Virus record (IMG/VR): IMGVR_UViG_3300017754_001066
Span: 1-27,685 of that record
DNA length: 27,685 nucleotides
Reading direction: 5' to 3' (one strand)
Origin: a virus
Taxonomy: Duplodnaviria > Caudoviricetes
Below the pieces are notes generated by a model. That model saw only the letters and a program-made list of their open reading frames with translations. It was not told where the DNA came from and made no database searches. The position numbers and the translations under genes were made by a program. Below, in pieces: positions 19,025 to 27,165 of this stretch. Positions within the stretch are counted from its first letter, which is position 1. Each line of letters begins with the position of its first letter.

Positions 19025-22000
19025 ATGGCATGTACTTATGAATTTATGGGTAAGAAGTATAATAAAGAACAATTAATACAACTACTCAAAGATCAAGGAA
19101 TACAAAATAAGATTAACTTATTAATTGAAAATCAAGTTGGTTCTCAAAATTCTTACTCTTTAGATTTAGATATAGCAGGAGAATTATTTAATGAAGACTT
19201 TGATATAAGTGATACAGTATCTTCTTCTACATCAGATAATCTAGAATCTTATAATGAGCCACTAACCAATTATAAAAGTATAGTTCAGTTTAAAAAAGGT
19301 TTAATTAATACCTATAAGAATAGAATTGCTAATCTTAAAAGTGCATTGTCTAGAGAAACTAATAAAAATGAAGTTAAAAGAATAGCTAAGTCACTTGAAG
19401 AATTACAAAATGCATTAGATACATTAGAAGTAGAAATACAAAAAATAGAAAATGCTTCTGAGTTATCAATGGATCAATTTAAATATCAAGCACAAAGAGA
19501 TTTAGAAAGGGTTAGGCAATTATTAAATCCTACTAATAACTTTGTAGATGATTTTGAAAATGCTGAAGAAGCAAGAAAGATTCTTAACTTTTATAAAGCA
19601 TTAAGATTCTCAGCTAAGAATAATGATGTAGCTAATAGTCAACAAGATAGAAAGCATCCATTTTTTAATCTTAAAGAGATATATGATAAAGAGGGTAATG
19701 TAGCATTACCTAGAGAACTGACTGATATCTTTAATGAATTGGCAAGTACTTTTGAAGAAGAGGAAGGTAAGTATATGAATGCTCAAAGAGCACTTGTTGA
19801 AAAGATAATCAATGCTAATCCAAAAGTAATGCAGTTATATGGTGAGTTAAACTATGACCAAATTACAAATCCTCTTAATGATTTAGATGGAGTAGCATGG
19901 GTTGACATGATGATAATGGATGTTACTAAAGGTATATTTTCTAAGAATGGAATTATACCTCAGATAGCAATGACTATCATTCAGGATAACATGGCTGAAC
20001 AAATTAGTGAACATAAAAGATTTGAAGAAAAACATAATGCACTTCTTCCTAAAGTTCAAAAAGCATTAAAAGCTTTAAATCAATCAGTAGGACTTGCAAA
20101 TGTATCTTTTGATATGTTTTTTCAAAAAGCATTAGGTAGAAATACTGGTAAGCTTGTAAACAGATATTCTCAAGAATACTTTGATGAAATATCTTCTGTA
20201 ATGAATAATTACAAAGAAGAAAGAATTAAAGCTAGAGCAATAGAAGATAAAGAAACTAGAGATAGAGCTTTTAAAAGAGCAACAGAAAAAAAGAATAAAT
20301 GGTTTAGAGAAAATACTCTAATGTTAGATGTTAGAAGATTACCTGAAATACAACAATTATTTCCTGAATTTGAAATGATGTTTGAAGATGATGGTGGTAA
20401 TCATAGACAACAACTTATAGATGAGATAGATGAAATAGGATACCAGGAAGAATTAAAAAAACAAATTAAAGAACTTAAAAAATTTGTAGCTTGGAAAAAT
20501 GCTACTACTGAAACTTTCTTAGAACAAGTGGGAGTATCTGAAGTAAAAGATTTATCTAAAGAAGATTTAGAAACTTTACAATTAGCTATTGCTAGTCAAA
20601 ATCCATTTAATGCTACTGAATTCTTTTATCAAAATAAAGAAACTAAAATAGGAGGTAAAAATGTAATTCATCAAATGACTTACAATATTAGTATTCCTAG
20701 AAAAACTAATCCTAGTACAGGACAATCTACAGGATTTTATGATAAGAACTATGAAAAAATAGAAAAAAATAAAGATTTAAAAGAGTACTATGACCTTGTT
20801 AAATCTAGAATGGAGCATGTAGTAGAAATGTTTCCTGAAGAAGTAAGACAAGAACTATTTACAAATTCATTACCATTAGTTAGAAAATCAGTAACAGAAA
20901 TATTATCTGATCCTAACATTAGTATACTTCAAAGAATATCTAATGCATTTAGAGAAGTATATGAAATGATAGCTGCTGGTTTTGGAGTTAATGTTCAAGA
21001 CAGTATTACTTATGAAAACTTTGATGTAGTTACTAGTGATGTAGAACAAAGAGTTAATACTCAATTTTTAAATAATAACAAACAAAGAATTCGTGATAGA
21101 TTCAATATTGAGTCTAGAAAAATGAATAATATTTTAAAAGCTGCAGGAATAGATATTAAAATTAATAGAAGTACTGTTTTACCAGTATCTCAATTACCAT
21201 CTCCTGCAATTAAAATGTTAGCAGAAAAATTAAAAGTACCTGCTAACATTAGAAGTATTGAAAACAAAGTTGGAACTAGTATTAGAATAAGTGATGTATT
21301 ATATAAGACTACTTTAAGTGATGTAGTAGAAGAACATTCTTTAGACATACCTAAAATTGTAAAGTACTACTCTTTGATGTCTGCTGAGTATAATGCAAGA
21401 CAACAATCTTTACCACTTATCAATACTTTAAAAACTCACTATCAACAAATTAAAAAGTTAAAAACTAATAATGTTGGTAAACCAATAGTTAGTAGTGAAG
21501 ATCCAGATAAAGTTATGACTGATGGATTAAGAGGAAGAGCTAACACTCAATTTGAATCTTGGTTTAATAGAGTAGTATTAGGTAACTATGGAGGTAAAGA
21601 ATTTGGAGTAATGGAAAGTACATTAGAGGAAAAGAAAGATTTAGCTGATAAAATAAAAGCAGCTATGACTGGTAGAGTACTAACAAGAGATGAACAAAAA
21701 CAAAGAAAAGATTTAAATGATTTAATAGATAAAGAAACTGATCCTGTAGAAAAACAAAAACTTATAGATCAAAGAGATAAGTTAGGAAAACAAATAGCAG
21801 GTTCAGCAATACTAAATAATCTTTTAAATTACGTTAGATATTTAGGACTAGGGTGGAATCTTTCTTCTTCTGTAACTAACTTTATGGAAGGTCAAACTGC
21901 TAATATGATTTTAGCAGCTACTGGAGATTACTTTGATTCAAGACATTATTATAGAGCAATGCATATTACAGGACAAAGCTTTATAAAGAATGCAACTTTT

Positions 22001-23596
22001 GGAGCTTTTGGTCAAGCAAGAACTGTATTACCTGGTGCAACTAAAGCTAGATTTTTAATTGACAGATATGATATACTTCAAGATTCTACTAATGAATTAC
22101 AAAAGGCATCTATCAAAACTCCATTAAATAGACTTCAAGCTTTAAGTCCTTATGAATTAAATAAAAGAGTAGAGTATTTAAATCAAGCTCCTATTATGGT
22201 AGCTGTACTTTTAGATACTGAAATTACAGGAAAGAATGGAGAAAAAGGAAATGTTTGGGATGCATTAACTCCTGATGGTAAATTAAAAGAAGAGTTTGCT
22301 ACACCTGAAAATATACAAACATGGGAAGAAGGAACTGGAGAAGCTTATAAAAACTTTAAAAGAAAAGTAAATAATGCTATTGTAATGGCTCATGGTAACT
22401 ATGACCAATTAAGAGGTATGATGGCTAAAGAAGGAGTAGTTGGTAAAGCACTTATAATGTTTAAAGCATGGGCAGGTTCTCAGTTATATCAAAGATTTGC
22501 TATTGAACAAGATGATATTGAAACAGGAGTAAAAGGATATAAAGGTAGATATAGATCTTTTACTAAAACATCAGGTGCTATGTTTACTTCATTAGCTGGT
22601 TTTGCATTAGCAGGACCTGCAGGATTTGTTGGTGGAGCAATGCTAGGTTTTGGATTAGGAGTATATAGTGGAAACAAAAGTGATGTAGAAGTAAAAGCTA
22701 AAATGGGAATGCTTACTGAAATGTCATTCTTATTAAAAGCATTACTAAGAAAAAGTATAGGATTTCCTATAAACATGATAGCTGGTAGAGAACTTATAGC
22801 TGAAGCTGATTATTCTAAGTTGCAAGGTGATTTACAAAATAATAAATTTACAGAAAGAGATGTTAAAAATACCAAGGCTCTTATAACTGAAATGTCTATT
22901 ATATTAAGTTACCTATCAATGATGATGGTTACTAAAGCATTACTATGGGATGATGATGATGAGGAAGATGACCCTAAAAGAATGCAACATAATATTATAG
23001 TAAACAGATTAAATCAATTAATAAATTCTGCTACATCATATATTAATGTTTCTGAAACTTGGAAGAATTTAGTTTCTACTACTCCTTTATTTACATTTGC
23101 AAATAATACAGTTAAACTTATGTCTGACATGAGTGAGTGGTTAGAAGGAAATGATATAGGAACTGATGGTGCTAATGGAGGAGATTCTAAACTTGCTAAA
23201 ACAGCATCTAAAGTTATTCTTCCATCATTTGCAAGAGATCCATATTTAGGTTTTGGTACTGCAGCAGAAAGACAATTTACTAAAACTAATTATGATGATT
23301 GGTTTTGGGATGATGAAAAAATAGAAAGAAGAGTTATGCAAGGTAAAAGACTACAATTAAAAAGTCAATTACAAGATGAGGGATTAGATGATAAAGAAAT
23401 TGAAAAAATTCTAAATAAAAGATTGCCATTACCTAAAGATATTAAAGATACTCAAAGTAGAACAGCAACTAAGAGTACTAAAAAAGAAAAGAAAGAAAAA
23501 TTATCAGTACAAGAAAAAATTAGAATTAAAAGAATGGTAGATGAAGAAGTTGAAAGAATTAAAGAAGAAACAGAGGAAAATGAAAAAGAAAAATAG
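19025..23596 (+). CDS. Large putative ejection protein with C-terminal membrane-interacting segments
   Basis: 1523-aa helical ORF starting 14 nt after the vRNAP gene. It has hydrophobic segments AMFTSLAGFALAGPAGFVGGAMLGFGLGVY and ITEMSIILSYLSMMMVTKALLW, the latter followed by acidic DDDDEEDD. Position and character fit the large crAss-like protein next to the RNAP. Confidence 0.7.
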   Translation: MACTYEFMGKKYNKEQLIQLLKDQGIQNKINLLIENQVGSQNSYSLDLDIAGELFNEDFDISDTVSSSTSDNLESYNEPLTNYKSIVQFKKGLINTYKNRIANLKSALSRETNKNEVKRIAKSLEELQNALDTLEVEIQKIENASELSMDQFKYQAQRDLERVRQLLNPTNNFVDDFENAEEARKILNFYKALRFSAKNNDVANSQQDRKHPFFNLKEIYDKEGNVALPRELTDIFNELASTFEEEEGKYMNAQRALVEKIINANPKVMQLYGELNYDQITNPLNDLDGVAWVDMMIMDVTKGIFSKNGIIPQIAMTIIQDNMAEQISEHKRFEEKHNALLPKVQKALKALNQSVGLANVSFDMFFQKALGRNTGKLVNRYSQEYFDEISSVMNNYKEERIKARAIEDKETRDRAFKRATEKKNKWFRENTLMLDVRRLPEIQQLFPEFEMMFEDDGGNHRQQLIDEIDEIGYQEELKKQIKELKKFVAWKNATTETFLEQVGVSEVKDLSKEDLETLQLAIASQNPFNATEFFYQNKETKIGGKNVIHQMTYNISIPRKTNPSTGQSTGFYDKNYEKIEKNKDLKEYYDLVKSRMEHVVEMFPEEVRQELFTNSLPLVRKSVTEILSDPNISILQRISNAFREVYEMIAAGFGVNVQDSITYENFDVVTSDVEQRVNTQFLNNNKQRIRDRFNIESRKMNNILKAAGIDIKINRSTVLPVSQLPSPAIKMLAEKLKVPANIRSIENKVGTSIRISDVLYKTTLSDVVEEHSLDIPKIVKYYSLMSAEYNARQQSLPLINTLKTHYQQIKKLKTNNVGKPIVSSEDPDKVMTDGLRGRANTQFESWFNRVVLGNYGGKEFGVMESTLEEKKDLADKIKAAMTGRVLTRDEQKQRKDLNDLIDKETDPVEKQKLIDQRDKLGKQIAGSAILNNLLNYVRYLGLGWNLSSSVTNFMEGQTANMILAATGDYFDSRHYYRAMHITGQSFIKNATFGAFGQARTVLPGATKARFLIDRYDILQDSTNELQKASIKTPLNRLQALSPYELNKRVEYLNQAPIMVAVLLDTEITGKNGEKGNVWDALTPDGKLKEEFATPENIQTWEEGTGEAYKNFKRKVNNAIVMAHGNYDQLRGMMAKEGVVGKALIMFKAWAGSQLYQRFAIEQDDIETGVKGYKGRYRSFTKTSGAMFTSLAGFALAGPAGFVGGAMLGFGLGVYSGNKSDVEVKAKMGMLTEMSFLLKALLRKSIGFPINMIAGRELIAEADYSKLQGDLQNNKFTERDVKNTKALITEMSIILSYLSMMMVTKALLWDDDDEEDDPKRMQHNIIVNRLNQLINSATSYINVSETWKNLVSTTPLFTFANNTVKLMSDMSEWLEGNDIGTDGANGGDSKLAKTASKVILPSFARDPYLGFGTAAERQFTKTNYDDWFWDDEKIERRVMQGKRLQLKSQLQDEGLDDKEIEKILNKRLPLPKDIKDTQSRTATKSTKKEKKEKLSVQEKIRIKRMVDEEVERIKEETEENEKEK

Positions 23597-23602
23597 GCTA
23601 TG

Positions 23603-23635
23603 AAAATAAAAAGGGAAGCCAATTACGGCTTCCCT
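23603..23635 (-). terminator. Intrinsic terminator closing the minus-strand cluster
   Basis: 9-bp perfect stem AGGGAAGCC (23612-23620) / GGCTTCCCT (23627-23635) with a 6-nt loop. TTTTATTTT follows it on the minus strand. It sits between convergent genes. Confidence 0.85.
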
Positions 23636-23672
23636 AAACACACACTAAACACAAAAAATAAACAACAAAAAG

Positions 23673-23936
23673 TTATATTTTAGATTTCTTATTTTCAACC
23701 TCTCTTTGAAGATACCATAAAGCTTTTTCTAAATCTTCTATCTCTTTATTGGAATCTTTTTTACCTGCTCTTGAAATATACTTAACTACATTACCCAAAC
23801 AAAATCCTAATTCCCAAGCTTCAATAACTTTAATGGCTTCATAAGGATTATGAGTTCCACCATAGTGTTGAGGGTGATTTACTTTTTCTACATAATCATC
23901 ATAGGATTTATCTAATGCACTATACTTGTAATTCAT
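23673..23936 (-). CDS. DUF3310 family protein (SaV / T7 gp1.7-like)
   Basis: Signature VNHPQHYG...EAIKVIEAWELGFCLGNVVKYISRAGKK...EDLEKALWYL. Confidence 0.9.
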   Translation of the reverse strand: MNYKYSALDKSYDDYVEKVNHPQHYGGTHNPYEAIKVIEAWELGFCLGNVVKYISRAGKKDSNKEIEDLEKALWYLQREVENKKSKI

Positions 23937-23938
23937 TC

Positions 23939-24649
23939 TTAAAATTTAAAAAGGTTATATGAAATTCCTATACCAATAAATGGAGCAGGTTGTGCATTAA
24001 CTAAATTAATACCATACCCTGCAAGTACTCCAACTCCAAATCTTTTAGGTTTAGGCATTGTAACTTTATAAGCTAACATTTCTGAAATTTCACAATAAGG
24101 ATTCTCATTTGTAACAAAAACCTCCATTTTCTTGGTCTTTCTGTTTTTAATAAACGCTACTGAGTATTTGTTATCTAATTCTATTGAAATGTCAGACGTT
24201 TTAGAATTCACTTTTCCACTCAAATATACCCATGGACCATTAAAATCTATAAGATATTCTACTTCTTTGTTACCTGCACTATCAATATACACAATCATAC
24301 TATCTGTTTCAATAATAGTATCAAACTTTACTCTTTCTTCTACTACTGTTATTATTTCAGGTTTTTGACCTTTGTATTTTTGAATTTCAGATTGTAATCT
24401 TTTTACTATTTCCTTATCAGATTTAATTTCTAAAACTTGTTTTGCATTTTGAACTTCTAATACTCCAATCTTAGATACTGCTCTACCATATTTATCTTTA
24501 TAATGAGTAACTGTATCTAAAACTAAAAGTTGAGATTCATATTGATTTTTATATTTTTTTACTAACATCATATTACTGCAATCACTTATCAATAATATAA
24601 TTACTGCTGCAATAAGTATAAGTATAATACTTGTATTTATATTTTTCAT
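23939..24649 (-). CDS. Membrane-anchored coiled-coil protein with a C-terminal beta-hairpin; spanin candidate
   Basis: N-terminal hydrophobic anchor IILILIAAVIILLISDC, a coiled-coil middle, and C-terminal KRFGVGVLAGYG...PFIGIGISYNLFKF ending in Phe. This architecture is common in Bacteroidota phages. The function is inferred. Confidence 0.55.
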   Translation of the reverse strand: MKNINTSIILILIAAVIILLISDCSNMMLVKKYKNQYESQLLVLDTVTHYKDKYGRAVSKIGVLEVQNAKQVLEIKSDKEIVKRLQSEIQKYKGQKPEIITVVEERVKFDTIIETDSMIVYIDSAGNKEVEYLIDFNGPWVYLSGKVNSKTSDISIELDNKYSVAFIKNRKTKKMEVFVTNENPYCEISEMLAYKVTMPKPKRFGVGVLAGYGINLVNAQPAPFIGIGISYNLFKF

Positions 24650-24661
24650 AATTGGAAATTT

Positions 24662-24689
24662 AAAAAAAGTGGGGTATTGCTACCCCACT
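24662..24689 (-). terminator. Intrinsic terminator downstream of dUTPase
   Basis: The minus strand reads AGTGGGGTA-GCAA-TACCCCACT-TTTTTT: a 9-bp stem, GNRA tetraloop and U-tract. Confidence 0.85.
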
Positions 24690-24715
24690 CATCACTAAAA
24701 TAACTATCTAAACTA

Positions 24716-25216
24716 TTATGAACTTGTACTTCCAAATCCACCTTCATCTCTTTTAGTTGAATCTAATTCTTCAACAATATGAAAAGTAGGTTGATTATAT
24801 TGAGTTAATACTCCTTGAGCAATTCTTTCACCTATTTTAATTTTAGATAAAGATTGTGTCATGTTACAAAGTATAACTCCAATTTCTCCTCTATAGTCTG
24901 AGTCTATAGTTCCAGGAGAATTAAAAACTTTAAGGCCTCTCTTTAATGAGATACCACTTCTATCTCTTATCTCTAATTGGAATCCACTTGGAATTGACAT
25001 ATATAATCCAGTTCCTATTAGTACTCTTTCAAATGGTCTAAGAACCATATATCCTTGTTGAATACTAAACTTTAAGTTTTCATTTAATGAAACTTCTTCA
25101 GAACCTTTATATAATTTAAGAAATGAATCTGCTATTAAATCAAATCCTGCTGCTCCTTCAGAACCTATAAAAGGTAGTTCTACACCTGCGTGTTTCTTTT
25201 TTACATCTATATACAT
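24716..25216 (-). CDS. dut: Trimeric dUTP diphosphatase
   Basis: All five motifs are present: AGFDL, RSG, GTIDSDYRGEIGV, ERIAQ, RDEGGFGST. Confidence 0.97.
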   Translation of the reverse strand: MYIDVKKKHAGVELPFIGSEGAAGFDLIADSFLKLYKGSEEVSLNENLKFSIQQGYMVLRPFERVLIGTGLYMSIPSGFQLEIRDRSGISLKRGLKVFNSPGTIDSDYRGEIGVILCNMTQSLSKIKIGERIAQGVLTQYNQPTFHIVEELDSTKRDEGGFGSTSS

Positions 25217-25222
25217 AAGAAA

Positions 25223-25756
25223 TTATTTATTTTGTACAAATCTATCATTTTTTTCATAAATAAAAAATGTTACATCACCTATTTTTTTATAAACTTTAAA
25301 AGATTCAAACCAATCTTTTATATTTCCTGATAAAAGTGATAGATTACAAAAGGCAAATACATTTTGTACATCTTTCTGTACACCATTATGTACAAGATCA
25401 TAAGCTATCTTTTTGTGAACACTTGTAGGCTCTGCTTTCCACCAATGATAGGATTCATTGTTAACACCTGAGAATGCTTTAGGTTTAGTGAGAGCATATA
25501 ATAAACTGCAATTCAACATCTTAGTATGATTTATTGCTGTTGCACCAACTAAATATATACTTTCAGTATCTAGTGAATCAGCTACTTCTGACATCATCAT
25601 CTTAGCTAACCAGTCTACATCATCCCACTCATCTTTAGGTTTATTATTGATAGACCAGTTTTTAAATTCTTTTTTTACTTCTTCTTTAAGTTCTTGCATT
25701 CCATTAGTAAATACAGTTGCTATAATTAGAAATATAAATAGTATTCCATACCTCAT
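25223..25756 (-). CDS. SleB/CwlJ-like cell wall hydrolase (Hydrolase_2) with an N-terminal signal/anchor
   Basis: DVDWLAKMMMSEV (putative catalytic Glu), then VGATAINH, KPKAFSGVN and KKIGDVTFF, follow the Hydrolase_2 pattern LA...EA..V..V..NR...QFS...IG.H.F with several substitutions. The N-terminus is hydrophobic. Confidence 0.65.
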   Translation of the reverse strand: MRYGILFIFLIIATVFTNGMQELKEEVKKEFKNWSINNKPKDEWDDVDWLAKMMMSEVADSLDTESIYLVGATAINHTKMLNCSLLYALTKPKAFSGVNNESYHWWKAEPTSVHKKIAYDLVHNGVQKDVQNVFAFCNLSLLSGNIKDWFESFKVYKKIGDVTFFIYEKNDRFVQNK

Positions 25757-25773
25757 AATTTAATTTTTTAGTT

Positions 25774-25803
25774 AAACAAAAAGGTTGGGATTTCTCCCAA
25801 CCT
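25774..25803 (-). terminator. Intrinsic terminator downstream of the HExxH gene
   Basis: The minus strand reads AGGTTGGGA-GAAA-TCCCAACCT-TTTTGTTT: a 9-bp stem, GNRA tetraloop and U-rich tail. Confidence 0.8.
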
Positions 25804-25829
25804 AGATCACATTTCTACTAAATTAAAAC

Positions 25830-26249
25830 TTATATTTTACCAAACCAAGATTCATTTTTAAAATCCTGTAGATATTCAATTATTTCATTAGCATAATTTT
25901 CTGCATCTGTAACAATTTCTTCTTCCTCATTATCTACATCCCAATTATGCAATAATAAAGAAATATGTATTGTTTCATGCATAATCCCAGTATAATCTTT
26001 ATATGACCCATTCATCCTATTAAGATTTAGGAATACAAAAGCAGGATCTCCATGTTTATAATTTCCAGATTTTTTAGGAATATAATTAGATAAACCATAA
26101 ATATATGCACTTTCAGTAGTTTCAGGATGCTTTAAAGCATCTTTTTTATTTAATCCATGTAGCTCATCTACCTTAAAGTAATTAAATAAATCAACTGACT
26201 TATCACCTAATATTAGTAAAAAATCTTTAAGTTTTTTAGTATAAACCAT
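25830..26249 (-). CDS. Small hypothetical protein with HExxH (possible zincin-like metallopeptidase)
   Basis: IMHETIH (HETIH at nt 25965-25979) is preceded by a beta-strand-like AFVFLNL and followed by EEEE, a possible third ligand. Confidence 0.55.
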   Translation of the reverse strand: MVYTKKLKDFLLILGDKSVDLFNYFKVDELHGLNKKDALKHPETTESAYIYGLSNYIPKKSGNYKHGDPAFVFLNLNRMNGSYKDYTGIMHETIHISLLLHNWDVDNEEEEIVTDAENYANEIIEYLQDFKNESWFGKI

Positions 26250-26259
26250 AATGCTTCAA

Positions 26260-27105
26260 TTATATTAATCTGCTAAGCTCCATAGCTCTAATTAGTCTAG
26301 TGATACCAATACCACCACCAACTCTAGGTATAAACTTATTCAATAAAAATTCATTTAATTCTGCCATTACTCTATCATAACCAAATAACTCAAATAGTTT
26401 TTCAGAATATCTACCTTCTTCAATAGTAAAGAAAGTTTCTCTCATTTGTCTAACATCACAACTTCTTTCAGCACTACCTATAGTTTCTTGACCATGTAAA
26501 ATAACATCAATTTTTCTAGCTAATCCAGATTCATGTCTAGCCATATTCCAGAATGGATTAGTTCTTTCTGGGAAGTTCATTAACAATACTGCATCAGAAA
26601 CATCTTTATGTAATTTTTCTTCAGTATCATTTTCAATAATAGATACTCCATACTCATTACACACATCCTCATAGTTTCTATATTCATATCCCTTAAATCC
26701 TAAGAAATGTAATAACTCAGTTTCTGTTAATGCTAAGTCAGCCATAGTTCCAGGAAATTCAAATTCAAACATAGGAAATATTAAACAATGTCTTCCTAAG
26801 ATTGGATTCTTTTCATTTCTATAACTAGTAGATACACAATAAAATCCTTTTTCATCAGGTTGAGTTAGTAACTCATGCTCCAACCACATCTGTCCTGTTT
26901 GAGGTAGTGGGTATGTGTTCTTGTTGTAATAAAAAGTACTGATGTTAAATGGATCTTCACATGCTGCTAAAATACTAAGTCTGTTTTGAGTATGAACTTC
27001 TTGGAATCCAAGTTGATCAAAAAACTCTCTTAGTTTCTTAACTACTGCTGTAAATTTTCTAGCATCAATGTGTGGGTAAAAGGGAGAATGAAGTGAATGT
27101 TTCAT
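26260..27105 (-). CDS. Class IIb aminoacyl-tRNA synthetase paralog (Asn/AspRS catalytic core only; archaeal-type asparagine synthetase-like)
   Basis: 281 aa. It has a motif 1 region (LREFFDQLGFQEVHT), LPQTGQMWLE, motif 2 (SYRNE...RHCLIFPMFEFE), ETIGSAER and motif 3 (GGGIGITRL). There is no N-terminal OB-fold anticodon-binding domain. Confidence 0.85.
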   Translation of the reverse strand: MKHSLHSPFYPHIDARKFTAVVKKLREFFDQLGFQEVHTQNRLSILAACEDPFNISTFYYNKNTYPLPQTGQMWLEHELLTQPDEKGFYCVSTSYRNEKNPILGRHCLIFPMFEFEFPGTMADLALTETELLHFLGFKGYEYRNYEDVCNEYGVSIIENDTEEKLHKDVSDAVLLMNFPERTNPFWNMARHESGLARKIDVILHGQETIGSAERSCDVRQMRETFFTIEEGRYSEKLFELFGYDRVMAELNEFLLNKFIPRVGGGIGITRLIRAMELSRLI

Positions 27106-27134
27106 ACAGTTCTGATTTGAAGTTTAAGAATTGC

Positions 27135-27165
27135 CAAATATATAAATTATTTTTTGTCTATCAAA
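27135..27165 (-). promoter_or_regulatory. Bacteroidota housekeeping-sigma type promoter (-33/-7)
   Basis: Minus strand: TTTG (27165-27162), a 19-nt spacer, then TATATTTG (27142-27135). This matches TTTG-N19-21-TAnnTTTG and lies about 30 nt upstream of the ATG at 27105. Confidence 0.65.

Noticed and set aside
7008-22776. Short minus-strand ORFs inside the giant genes (7008-7229, 7574-7774, 9237-9446, 9911-10144, 10544-10828, 16079-16360, 17477-17758, 17897-18154, 22489-22776)
   Set aside because: These are antisense shadows of strongly codon-biased long genes. They are Ser/Leu/Ile/Phe-rich with no recognisable motifs.
24132-24368. 78-aa plus-strand ORF within the spanin candidate (possible embedded o-spanin)
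   Set aside because: It is on the opposite strand, whereas embedded o-spanins are co-oriented. It has no lipobox Cys and looks like a shadow ORF.
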